Assembly: GCA_014360655.1 (NCBI GenBank)
Contig: JACIXC010000001.1
Span: 292,715-356,714, forward strand
From: Actinomycetota bacterium
Lineage (GTDB): Bacteria; Actinomycetota; Geothermincolia; Geothermincolales; RBG-13-55-18
DNA length: 64,000 nt
Direction: 5' to 3'
This document shows, piece by piece, positions 1 through 8,414 of this stretch (positions within the stretch are counted from its first letter, which is position 1; each line of letters opens with the position of its first letter). The position numbers and the translations under genes were made by a program. The notes under the pieces were generated by a model, which ran no database searches, was not told the origin of the DNA, and was given only the letters and a program-made list of their open reading frames with translations.

Positions 1-52
1 GGCAAGAAGTAGGAAAGCAGCATATCCGAGGCAGGAACGTGCTTTTGTCTTT

Positions 53-80
53 ACCGCCCCTTCGGGGGCGGTAGTTCTTT
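53..80 (+). terminator. Probable intrinsic terminator of the gene upstream of the window
   Basis: ACCGCCCC-TTCG-GGGGCGGT hairpin followed by AGTTCTTT. Confidence 0.6.
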
Positions 81-200
81 CCGCGCTTCCGCGTCGCGCC
101 GCCCGCGACCGCGCCCACCTGCCTCCCCATGGGAACCTCGGCCGTCGCTGCGTTATTCCGTCTTGCCTTTTGGGGCGGCGGCTCTCATAATATATCGCGT

Positions 201-277
<77 letters not shown>

Positions 278-346
278 CCCTTTCAATGGGCGTTTTTCAG
301 CAGGGCGAGCATGCCTGCCGCCTGTGGCGGTTGCGCATCCCTTCTT

Positions 347-2017
347 CTACGCGCCGCCCTTGTAGTGGTCCTTGAACTCCTCGCGCGCCAGCCTCTTGGC
401 GATCTTCCCCACGGAGGTCTTGGGGATCTCGTCCACGAACAGGACATCGTCCGGAAGCTGCCACTTGGCGAACTTGGGGGCTATGAATCCCAGGATGTCC
501 TCCTTGGAGACCTTTCCCTTGTACTCCTCCCGGAGGACCACCAGGGCCAGGGGCCTCTCCTCCCACTCCGGGTGGGGAATGCCTATGACCCCCGCCTCCA
601 GCACGGCCGGGTGGGCCACGATGGCGTTCTCCAGGTCAACGGTGGATATCCATTCGCCCCCGCTCTTCACGAGGTCCTTGAAGCGGTCCACTATCTTTAT
701 GTAGCAATCAGGGTCGATGGTGGCCGCGTCGCCGCTCTTCCAGTACCCGTCCTCGGTGAAGGACTCGGCGCTGCGCGGGTCATTATAGTACGAAGCGGTC
801 ACCCAGGGGCCCCTGATGAGCAGCTCGCCGACGGATTGCCCGTCGCAGGGCAGCTCCTTCCCCTCCTCGTCCACGAGCTTCACGTCGATGCCCACCACGG
901 GGATGCCCTGCCTCCTCTTCATGTCCCACTTCTCTTCCTCGGAAAGGCCTTCCAGGGTGGGCTTGAGGAAGTTTATGGAAACCAGGGGGGTGGTCTCCGT
1001 GGCGCCGTAGGCGTGGATGACGTCCGCCTTCCCCAGCTCCCAGTACTCCTTCATCATGGCCAGGGGCGGCTCGCTGGCCCCGGAGACCATGCGGCATCCC
1101 TTGAGATCCGGCTTGGGGTCCATGGTGCGGATGTACTCCAGCATGGGCATGAAGATGGCCGGCGCCCCACAGGTCACCGTGACCCCCTCGGACAGGAGCA
1201 TGTCGACCAGCACGTTGGCCATCTCCAGGGTATACATCCCGGGGAAGACCAGCTTCGCCCCCACCAGGGGCCCGGTGATGAAGGCTCCCCAGCCCAACAC
1301 GTGGAACATGGGGGTTATCTGCATCATAACGTCGTTCCGGCTCAGGTTCAGGTTGATGGCCACGGCCAGCGTGTGGAGGTAGAGGGCGCGGTGGGACAGG
1401 TAGACGCCCTTGGGCTTGCCGGTGGTCCCGGTGGTATAGCAAGCGGAGCAGGCAGCCTTCTCGTCCACCATGGGCCAGTCCATCTCCGCGTCCGCTCCCT
1501 GCAGCAGCTCCTCGTACGCGTACAGCGGGCTGAGCTGCGTCTGGAAGGAATCCCTGGGGCGGTCGGTGATGAGCATGTAGCCCTCCACCGTCTTGAGCTC
1601 CGGCGCGATGGGCTCGATGAGCGGCACGAGAAGGTCGGAGGTACATACGAGCTTGGCCTCGCTGTGATTGATGACGTAGGCCCGGTCCTCCATGGACACG
1701 CGTGGGTTTATCTGCAGGAGCACCGCTCCCAGGCCGGAGATGGCATAGAACAGCTCCGCAAAGCGGTAGGTGTTGAACTCCAGGACCCCCACCCTGTCGC
1801 CGGGGCCTATGCCCAGGCCTTGCAACGCCTTGGCAAGGCGGCACACCCGCCGGTAGCATTCCCGGTAGTCGTAGCGGAAGACGCTTCCGTCCAGGTTGCG
1901 CGAGGCCACCTCCACCTCGCCGTAGGACCTCGCCGCGTGCCTCAGGATGGTGGGCACGTTGAGCTGGTAATCGTTGTTGGAAGTGGAAGGAAATCCCTGT
2001 ACGATCCGGTATCCCAT
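347..2017 (-). CDS. Long/medium-chain fatty-acid--CoA ligase (AMP-binding family)
   Basis: YTTGTTGKPKG AMP-binding motif, YGATET, SGD, DRFKDLVKSGGEW, PKTSVGK; start placed at MGYRIV after AGGAGG. Confidence 0.92.
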   Translation of the reverse strand: MGYRIVQGFPSTSNNDYQLNVPTILRHAARSYGEVEVASRNLDGSVFRYDYRECYRRVCRLAKALQGLGIGPGDRVGVLEFNTYRFAELFYAISGLGAVLLQINPRVSMEDRAYVINHSEAKLVCTSDLLVPLIEPIAPELKTVEGYMLITDRPRDSFQTQLSPLYAYEELLQGADAEMDWPMVDEKAACSACYTTGTTGKPKGVYLSHRALYLHTLAVAINLNLSRNDVMMQITPMFHVLGWGAFITGPLVGAKLVFPGMYTLEMANVLVDMLLSEGVTVTCGAPAIFMPMLEYIRTMDPKPDLKGCRMVSGASEPPLAMMKEYWELGKADVIHAYGATETTPLVSINFLKPTLEGLSEEEKWDMKRRQGIPVVGIDVKLVDEEGKELPCDGQSVGELLIRGPWVTASYYNDPRSAESFTEDGYWKSGDAATIDPDCYIKIVDRFKDLVKSGGEWISTVDLENAIVAHPAVLEAGVIGIPHPEWEERPLALVVLREEYKGKVSKEDILGFIAPKFAKWQLPDDVLFVDEIPKTSVGKIAKRLAREEFKDHYKGGA

Positions 2018-2257
2018 GCGCGCACCTCCTTTTTCCTGTGGCCGCATCATGCCGGCCCGCCGACAGCCGGTACCCCCGCCGGAAAGGGTCAAGACCTTTC
2101 GCGAGCGCGCCCATGAAACGGGCGTCGCAGGGCGTCGCAGGCTCCCTTCCCGCAAAAGCTCTTTATGAAAAGATTTTATCATAAGGCGTAACGCGTCACC
2201 CCCGGCGTCGCGCCCACGTGGCCGAGGGGCGCGGCCACAAGGGCTATGCTCCCGCCG

Positions 2258-3349
2258 TCACGCCCCTCCCTGCCCCTGCCGTTCACCCCTGCGTTCCGCC
2301 TTGCCCTTGAGGATGGCCAGGCCCATGTCCACCATGCGCGCGAAGGGCTCTTCCCGGTCCTCCCGCAACACCACGGAGATCGCCTCGCCCGGACAGCTTC
2401 CCGCGCAGAGTCCGCACCCGAGGCACCTCTCCCGGTCGACCACCGCCACCTCCTTTACCCGCACCGCCCCCACCGGGCAACGCTCCACGCACGACCCGCA
2501 GCCGGTGCATTCCTCCACGTCGACCACCGCCTCGAAGAGGGCGTTAAGGAAGAGGCGCTTGTCCATGCCCCTCCTGGTGATGCCCTTCATGGAGGCGCAG
2601 CAGCAGGGGCAGCAGTTGCAGATGTTGGAAAGGTGCCTGGTGTTGGCGCCCGCATGGACCAGCCCGGCCTCGTCCGCCCGCCTCAGGATATCTATGGCCT
2701 CCGCGGCGTCTATCTCCCGCCCGATGCCGTTCTCGATGTAGTACTCCGCGGCCGTCCCGAAGCTGAGGCAGGTCTCCATGGGAAAACCGCAGCCCTTCCC
2801 GGTAAGCGCCGCCTCCTTGCGGCAGATGCATTCCGCCACCGAGATAGCCCGCGCGGACCGCACCTGGTCCAGCAGGTCCAGGAACGGGTACACCGTGAGG
2901 TCGGCCACCACCCTTTCCCCGAGGGGGAGCACCTTGAAGCCGGGGACGCCGCTGGCGCCCATCTCCTCCATGTAGGCCGACTCGTAATACTCGCGGTAGA
3001 GTGCGGCCAGCTCCCCGTCCATCTTTCCCACCGAGTACTCGTAGAGGCCGATCATGAAGGGGGCGGTGTTGTAATAGGCACGGCCTTCCCTGCGCGAGCG
3101 GAACAGCAGCCCCTTGCGCGACATCTCCTCCAGCCTCTTATCCAGGTACGCGGCGTCGAGCCCGGCGCGCGCGGCGATGGCCTCCGCATCCTCCGGAAAG
3201 GGCGTGAGCAACGTGGCCAGCTCCGCCTCCTCCTCCGTGAAAAGCGCTTTCAGGATGCGTATCTCCACCCCGGAGGGGGTGGAAGGAAATCCCAGGGGCA
3301 TGCGGTCCAGGAACTCGCGCAATCTCCGGTAAGCGTCGTCTTTCGCCAC
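2258..3349 (-). CDS. 4Fe-4S dicluster protein with N-terminal winged-helix-like region
   Basis: CICR, ICNCCPCCC and two CxxCxxCxxxCP ferredoxin motifs; AAGGAG RBS before GTG. Confidence 0.85.
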   Translation of the reverse strand: MAKDDAYRRLREFLDRMPLGFPSTPSGVEIRILKALFTEEEAELATLLTPFPEDAEAIAARAGLDAAYLDKRLEEMSRKGLLFRSRREGRAYYNTAPFMIGLYEYSVGKMDGELAALYREYYESAYMEEMGASGVPGFKVLPLGERVVADLTVYPFLDLLDQVRSARAISVAECICRKEAALTGKGCGFPMETCLSFGTAAEYYIENGIGREIDAAEAIDILRRADEAGLVHAGANTRHLSNICNCCPCCCASMKGITRRGMDKRLFLNALFEAVVDVEECTGCGSCVERCPVGAVRVKEVAVVDRERCLGCGLCAGSCPGEAISVVLREDREEPFARMVDMGLAILKGKAERRGERQGQGGA

Positions 3350-3375
3350 GTCGGCTCCTTTCCCCGTGAAAGACC

Positions 3376-5514
3376 TCAGAAGAGCTGGACCACCAGGGCG
3401 TACGGTTGTGGGGCCATGGGGACGTTCGCGGCGGCTATCTCCAGCGTGTAGGTTCCCGGTTTCCCGGACACGTCCAGGACCACCCTCTCCACGTTGTTCA
3501 GGGGATCGCGGGAGGTCCTTCCGTTCGGGTAAGAGAACCCTCCCTCGGGATCGATGACCCTGAGGTCGAGGTCGTTCACCAGGTGAAGCCTGGCCTGGGG
3601 AAGGGAGGGGTAATCCGACCAGGCCAGGGTCACCCTGAGTTGGCTTCCAGTTTTTACCTCAACGCGGAAAACGCGCGACTCTCCGCTGCGCATCCCCTCG
3701 CCGTCGTCGATGACCCTTAACCAGGTTTCCCGGTCCGTGGGCGCAGTGAAGTCGCACTTCCCCCATCCCTCCACCGGGTTGGGCGCGCGCGGCACCTCCA
3801 AGCCCGCCTCGCCGTACTGGCCGGGATACAGGTCCAGCGCACCGTTCACCAGGAAGGCCTTCACGAGGGCGGCGGACGGGGGCACGCCCCTCGCCGCCGT
3901 GAGCTCGGACCTCAAGGAGGCCACCCTTCCCGCCACCAGCGCGGCAGCCACGCCGGTGCCGTAGACCACGCACGTGCGGTCGCCGACGGGAAACGCAGCG
4001 GGACGACCCGCGGTTCCCGCCGCGGCGAAGGTGACCACTCCCGTCGCGGCGGCGACCAGGTCCGGCTTTATCCTGCCGTCCGTGGTGGGACCCCGCGAAC
4101 TGAAAGCGGCCATCCCCGGGGTCGATCCTTCCGCCCTGTCTTCCTTCAGGGGAGAGGCGGGGAAGCGCCCCGCAAAGGCGCCTTCCAACTCGCCGTAGGT
4201 GGGGACGCGGTAGCTCCCGGCGCGGCCCGCACCCTCGCAGCCCCCCACCGCAAGCACGTTCTTGGCCGCCGCTCCCCCCAGCAGGCTCCCCCTGTCCACC
4301 ACCCCGTCCCCGTCAGCATCGGTGCCCTCGTTCCCCGCCGGCTCCACTATAGTCATGTCCGCATGGTCCCAGGCAAATGCATCCCTCTGAAAGCCGTAGA
4401 TCCCGTAGGCACAAAGGGATTCCCTGCCCTCAGGCACGCTGCCGTCGAGGAGCGACCTCGCCCCCTCCAGGTATGCCCTCTCCAGCAGCGCGGTCATGGA
4501 GGCCGGCTGCGGCAGGGGGCCGATCCCGTATCCGGTGGCATAGACGGCGAGCTCGACGGGGTTCGGGCGCGCCGTGTCGCCTTCCGAGGACAGCGAGTCG
4601 CCCGCGAGCAGAACTCCCGCCAACGCCGTTCCGTGCCCGCTCACGTCCTCTCCCTCGTCTCCCCGGAAGGAGTAGACGCCGGTCACCCTGCTCCTGAGCG
4701 TCTGCGGCAGGCCGTCCGCGCCCGCGCTCGCCAGGCCGCTATCGGCGAGGGCGACCTTCTCCGGCCGAGTGGAGACGGCAGCGGCGTGATCGGGATGGAG
4801 ATCGCCCGCCGACGCGCCCCGCGGCGAGGCGACCGCGTTCCCGGCCAGGGTACCGCCGGTGTACAACTCCAGCCACTCCACGGCGCGCAGGGCGGCCACC
4901 TCGTCAAGCATGTGCGGCGCCACGCGCATGACCAGGATGCCGCACCACGCGTCCTTCTCCCCCTCCAGGACCTCCACGCCCATGTCGCGCAGCGCCCGCG
5001 CCGTCTCCTCCAGCAACGAACCGTCGTAGAGAAGGGCCGCCACCGTCGCCTCGCGTCCCTGCGAGAGCTGCAATTGCAGGGACGGGGACACCTTGAAATA
5101 GGGCTGGTATATTCCCGTCCAGGAAACGAATGGCAGGCCCTCCACCCCTGCGCGTTGCCGGTTGTCCACGGCCACCAGCAAGGCGTTGTAGGGGATGTAG
5201 CCGCAGACCTTCCCCCCCGCTTCCCGCACCGCCTCCAGCCACGATCCCTCGATGCTCCCCGCGCACTGCACGAGATAGAGACCGGACGACCGGTACCCGT
5301 CGACCCGGAAAGCGGGGGGGATGCGGCCCGCGTCATGGTCCCAGGGATAGATGGCGCCGTTCGTCAGGAGGACGGGGAAACCGGGCGACGGACCGGGCTC
5401 CTGCGCGCGTGCGGCGTCCCCCGAGCCGACCGCGCCGCACGCCGTGAGCAGGACCACCGCGAGGATCACGGCTTTCGCCCGGCGGCAAAGCCTCCCGTTA
5501 CGCGAGCACATCAT
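3376..5514 (-). CDS. Secreted S8 subtilase-like protein (Kp43/TagA-like), catalytic Ser apparently replaced
   Basis: Signal peptide; ADSG, GHGT, AGNEG, FSSRGPTTDGRIKPD, LVNDLDL, NNVE motifs; GTGVAAA where GTSMA is expected; start uncertain. Confidence 0.85.
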   Translation of the reverse strand: MMCSRNGRLCRRAKAVILAVVLLTACGAVGSGDAARAQEPGPSPGFPVLLTNGAIYPWDHDAGRIPPAFRVDGYRSSGLYLVQCAGSIEGSWLEAVREAGGKVCGYIPYNALLVAVDNRQRAGVEGLPFVSWTGIYQPYFKVSPSLQLQLSQGREATVAALLYDGSLLEETARALRDMGVEVLEGEKDAWCGILVMRVAPHMLDEVAALRAVEWLELYTGGTLAGNAVASPRGASAGDLHPDHAAAVSTRPEKVALADSGLASAGADGLPQTLRSRVTGVYSFRGDEGEDVSGHGTALAGVLLAGDSLSSEGDTARPNPVELAVYATGYGIGPLPQPASMTALLERAYLEGARSLLDGSVPEGRESLCAYGIYGFQRDAFAWDHADMTIVEPAGNEGTDADGDGVVDRGSLLGGAAAKNVLAVGGCEGAGRAGSYRVPTYGELEGAFAGRFPASPLKEDRAEGSTPGMAAFSSRGPTTDGRIKPDLVAAATGVVTFAAAGTAGRPAAFPVGDRTCVVYGTGVAAALVAGRVASLRSELTAARGVPPSAALVKAFLVNGALDLYPGQYGEAGLEVPRAPNPVEGWGKCDFTAPTDRETWLRVIDDGEGMRSGESRVFRVEVKTGSQLRVTLAWSDYPSLPQARLHLVNDLDLRVIDPEGGFSYPNGRTSRDPLNNVERVVLDVSGKPGTYTLEIAAANVPMAPQPYALVVQLF

Positions 5515-5679
5515 ATCCACGTCCAAAAGCGATCTGCCGGTAAGGCTCCCAGGGAAGCCTCGTGGCACTGAGCCAGTGGGCCGGTCGAGTTCGCCCTCCG
5601 CCTCCCGCCGTCAGCCCTCCCCAGCTTGCCCTTTGGCCCGCCGGGTCGGCGCGACACCAATCCGCTTCCGCGTATCCAC

Positions 5680-6669
5680 CTAGGGGATGCGCTTCCAGGA
5701 GCGCACTTCCTCCATCATCGCCTCCAGGTTCTTCAGCGGCGCTTCCGGGGGCACATCGCATCCGGTGGAGAAGACGTAGTTCCTTATCGCCTTGGTGTTC
5801 CTGAGCAGCCGCCGCGTCTCCCAGCGCACGTCCTCGGCGGTCCCGCGGTGAACAACCCTCTTGGGGTCCAGGTTGCCCAGCACGACGACGCTCCTGGGAA
5901 GGCGTTCCGCCGCCTGGGCGATGTCCATGCGCGCATCCAGGAGCACGCCGTCTCCGCCGCAGCTGCCAATCTCATCCAGGAGGTGCGTCACGTCGCCGCA
6001 TATGTGCAGCATCCCGCACGCTCCCCCCGACCTTATGATGCCGAAAAGGGCGCTGAGATAAGGGCGGTAAACGGTGCGGAAAACCCTGGTATCGAGGGCT
6101 TCCGCCACCGGGTCCACCACCATGACCACGTGCGCCCGCGAGGCAAGGGCGGCGGCGTACTCCCCCACCACGGAGGTTGCGAAGGCAAGGGCGTCCTTCA
6201 TGTCGCTTCCCTTTCCCATCTCCGCGAGCATATCCGTCGTCCCCGCGAGCTGGGAGAGAAGGGTCAGCGGGCCGGTGACGAAAGCCCCGCACAGGCCCGT
6301 CCCGTCAGCCCGCAGCTCCTCCGCCACCCTGAGAAAGAGCGGCATGCGCGCCGTCCTCTCCGGGTCCGGCGGGTCCAGCTCCATGAACCTTTCAAGGCGC
6401 GGCAGTTCCTGCTGCGCGAGGTTGGGCGGCCTTCTCTCGAAGAACTCCACATCCAGGCCGAGCGCCTCCGCCTCCACGGTCGGGTCCAGGAGCGTGAAGG
6501 TTATGTCGGGCCGCAGGCGTTCCCGCAGGGCGCGCAATGCCTCCAGCTGCACCTCGGCATCGTTTACCGCGCCGCGTACCGACTTTCCCGCCAGCCTCAC
6601 CCCGGGGTATCCCACCAGGGGAGCCGCAAGCCTGCCGCTCTGGCTCACCACCCAGTCATAGAAGTTCAT
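5680..6669 (-). CDS. Uroporphyrinogen decarboxylase / MtaA-CmuA (MT2) methyltransferase family protein
   Basis: VEAEALG, GPLTL, LHICGD (HxC), GNLDP and STGCDVP motifs. Confidence 0.85.
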   Translation of the reverse strand: MNFYDWVVSQSGRLAAPLVGYPGVRLAGKSVRGAVNDAEVQLEALRALRERLRPDITFTLLDPTVEAEALGLDVEFFERRPPNLAQQELPRLERFMELDPPDPERTARMPLFLRVAEELRADGTGLCGAFVTGPLTLLSQLAGTTDMLAEMGKGSDMKDALAFATSVVGEYAAALASRAHVVMVVDPVAEALDTRVFRTVYRPYLSALFGIIRSGGACGMLHICGDVTHLLDEIGSCGGDGVLLDARMDIAQAAERLPRSVVVLGNLDPKRVVHRGTAEDVRWETRRLLRNTKAIRNYVFSTGCDVPPEAPLKNLEAMMEEVRSWKRIP

Positions 6670-6912
6670 GCCGCCTTCCCTTCCCTGAGCACCGCCGCCC
6701 GCCCGAACGACGCCTTTTCTCCTTCAAGACCGCCTCCCGATATCCCGCGCAATCCCGGGATGCCGCCTTCCTTTCCCCGGGCACCGCCGCCCGCCTGGAA
6801 ACATAATACCCCAATGCTTCCATGCCGACCAAGGAAAGGCGGAAACGCGAGGGGCGGCCGCCGGGGTGCCCCGGCCCGACCTACGCGCCTTCCTTCCCCC
6901 GCGGTGCGCATA

Positions 6913-6918
6913 TATAAT
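6913..6918 (+). promoter_or_regulatory. -10 box (TATAAT) 7 nt before the cupin ATG, leaderless configuration
   Basis: TATAAT-gtgacgc-ATG with no Shine-Dalgarno sequence. Confidence 0.6.
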
Positions 6919-6925
6919 GTGACGC

Positions 6926-7267
6926 ATGAAAGTCGTCCATTACAGCGAGGTTCCCGCCGAGGATCCCGGCGGCGAGAGCGCGGGCGTCACCATAAGGTGG
7001 CTCATATCGCGGGAGGACGGCGCTCCCCATTACTACATGCGGGTCTTCGAGGTCTCCCCCGCGGGCTACTCCCCTCTGCACCGCCATCCCTGGGAACACG
7101 AGATCTACATCCTCTCGGGCGAGGGCGAGCTGGTATCGGAAGGGGGTTCCGTGCGGGTGGAGCCGGGGACGGCGATCTTCGTCGAGAGCGAAGAGCTGCA
7201 CCAGTTGAGGAACGTGGGGGAGCGAATCCTGCGCTTCATCTGCACCATACCGTCATCGGGGTCATGA
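6926..7267 (+). CDS. Cupin domain protein
   Basis: HRHPWEHEIYILSGEG and ELHQLRN cupin metal motifs. Confidence 0.9.
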   Translation: MKVVHYSEVPAEDPGGESAGVTIRWLISREDGAPHYYMRVFEVSPAGYSPLHRHPWEHEIYILSGEGELVSEGGSVRVEPGTAIFVESEELHQLRNVGERILRFICTIPSSGS

Positions 7268-7354
7268 CGCCCCGGGTCAACACGCGGGGCCAGGCGCGGG
7301 GTGTTGCCTGAGGCAATGGATGGGGTGCGACCTCGGGTGTCGCCCGGGCGACTC

Positions 7355-8254
7355 TCACGCCCGTTCCCTGGGGAGCAGGTCCTCGCCGTCTATGAGGTGG
7401 ATGACCTCCAGGCAGTTCTTCACCACTTCCTGGTATTTCTGGTGTTCCCTCCTCAGGTAGCCGACGGGGCAGCGCACCGCCCGTATGTTCCTCACCACGA
7501 TGTCCCTGCGATCGTGGATGTGTCCCGATATGGAAACGGTCACCTTGTCGTGGGAGGACAGCACGCCGCCGGTCTCCCGCGATCCCGGGAAGGGGATGCC
7601 CTCCACGGAGAGCTCGTCGAAGGGCGGGTAATGCGTGATCACCACCACCTCCCGCACCGCGGCTTCGCGGCTGAGGCCCTCTATATCCTGGTCAAGGCGG
7701 TAGTTGAACTCGCGCGCCACCTCGAAATCCACCCTCTTGACGGGAGCCCCTCCCTCCGCCACCATGGTCGAGATGTCCGTCCAGCAGGCCCAGCGCATGT
7801 CATTCCAGATGCTGTCGAGCAGGTAATGGTAATCTCTGGGAAAGGCGACCGCCGCGGTCCCCGTGCCGTGGGTGTGATCGTACCATCCTATGCTGCCCGC
7901 GAAACCGACTCCCCTGTACACCTGGGGCTCCATCCAGAGGGGGACGAAGTCGTTGCGGCGACAGACCTCGGGCAGGTAGAAGTAGTATTTCTCGTAGGAG
8001 TCGTGCCCCAGGTTCTGCATCTCCTCTGAAAGGACCCAGATATCCTGGTTGCCGGGGACGAAGAGCTTCGGGCAGCGCAGCGAAGCGAAGCAATCGAGGG
8101 CGTACTCCAGGTCTCCCAGTTCGGGACTCACGTCCCCCGCGATGACGAAGACGTCGGGGTCCACGATCTTGAGTACTTCGGCGAGGTAGGGAACGAGCTC
8201 CCAGTTCCGCTGCGAGATATCCACGTGGAGATCGCTGGTGTACGCTATCCTCAA
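7355..8254 (-). CDS. Metallophosphoesterase (calcineurin-like)
   Basis: SDLH, AGD, GNQD, THYPP and GHIH motifs; GGAGG RBS before TTG. Confidence 0.85.
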   Translation of the reverse strand: MRIAYTSDLHVDISQRNWELVPYLAEVLKIVDPDVFVIAGDVSPELGDLEYALDCFASLRCPKLFVPGNQDIWVLSEEMQNLGHDSYEKYYFYLPEVCRRNDFVPLWMEPQVYRGVGFAGSIGWYDHTHGTGTAAVAFPRDYHYLLDSIWNDMRWACWTDISTMVAEGGAPVKRVDFEVAREFNYRLDQDIEGLSREAAVREVVVITHYPPFDELSVEGIPFPGSRETGGVLSSHDKVTVSISGHIHDRRDIVVRNIRAVRCPVGYLRREHQKYQEVVKNCLEVIHLIDGEDLLPRERA

Positions 8255-8414
8255 GCTCGGCCTCCCCCTCCGGTCCGCAAGGGTGTATCTCTATTCTAAG
8301 GGATAACCGCGTGATAAATCTTCCGCAAAGGCGAGCCGCCCCTCCGCGTGATATAAAACAGCTGGCCACGCCGGAAACACGGCGTTTCCCTGCTCCGGCG
8401 CCGCCGTCGCCCGC

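Noticed and set aside
311-2116. Long antisense ORFs (311..2116, 12715..14415, 14553..16604, 34412..36079, 45904..47484, upstream part of 47903..50332)
   Set aside because: Shadow frames opposite well-supported genes, expected in high-GC DNA
2258-3349. Selenocysteine or other recoding in the Cys-rich redox genes
   Set aside because: The ORFs are uninterrupted, with no in-frame TGA at Cys positions
5515-5679. Riboswitch in the leader of the subtilase gene
   Set aside because: GC-rich stems are possible, but I could not match c-di-GMP, c-di-AMP or other consensus motifs by eye; an Rfam scan would decide
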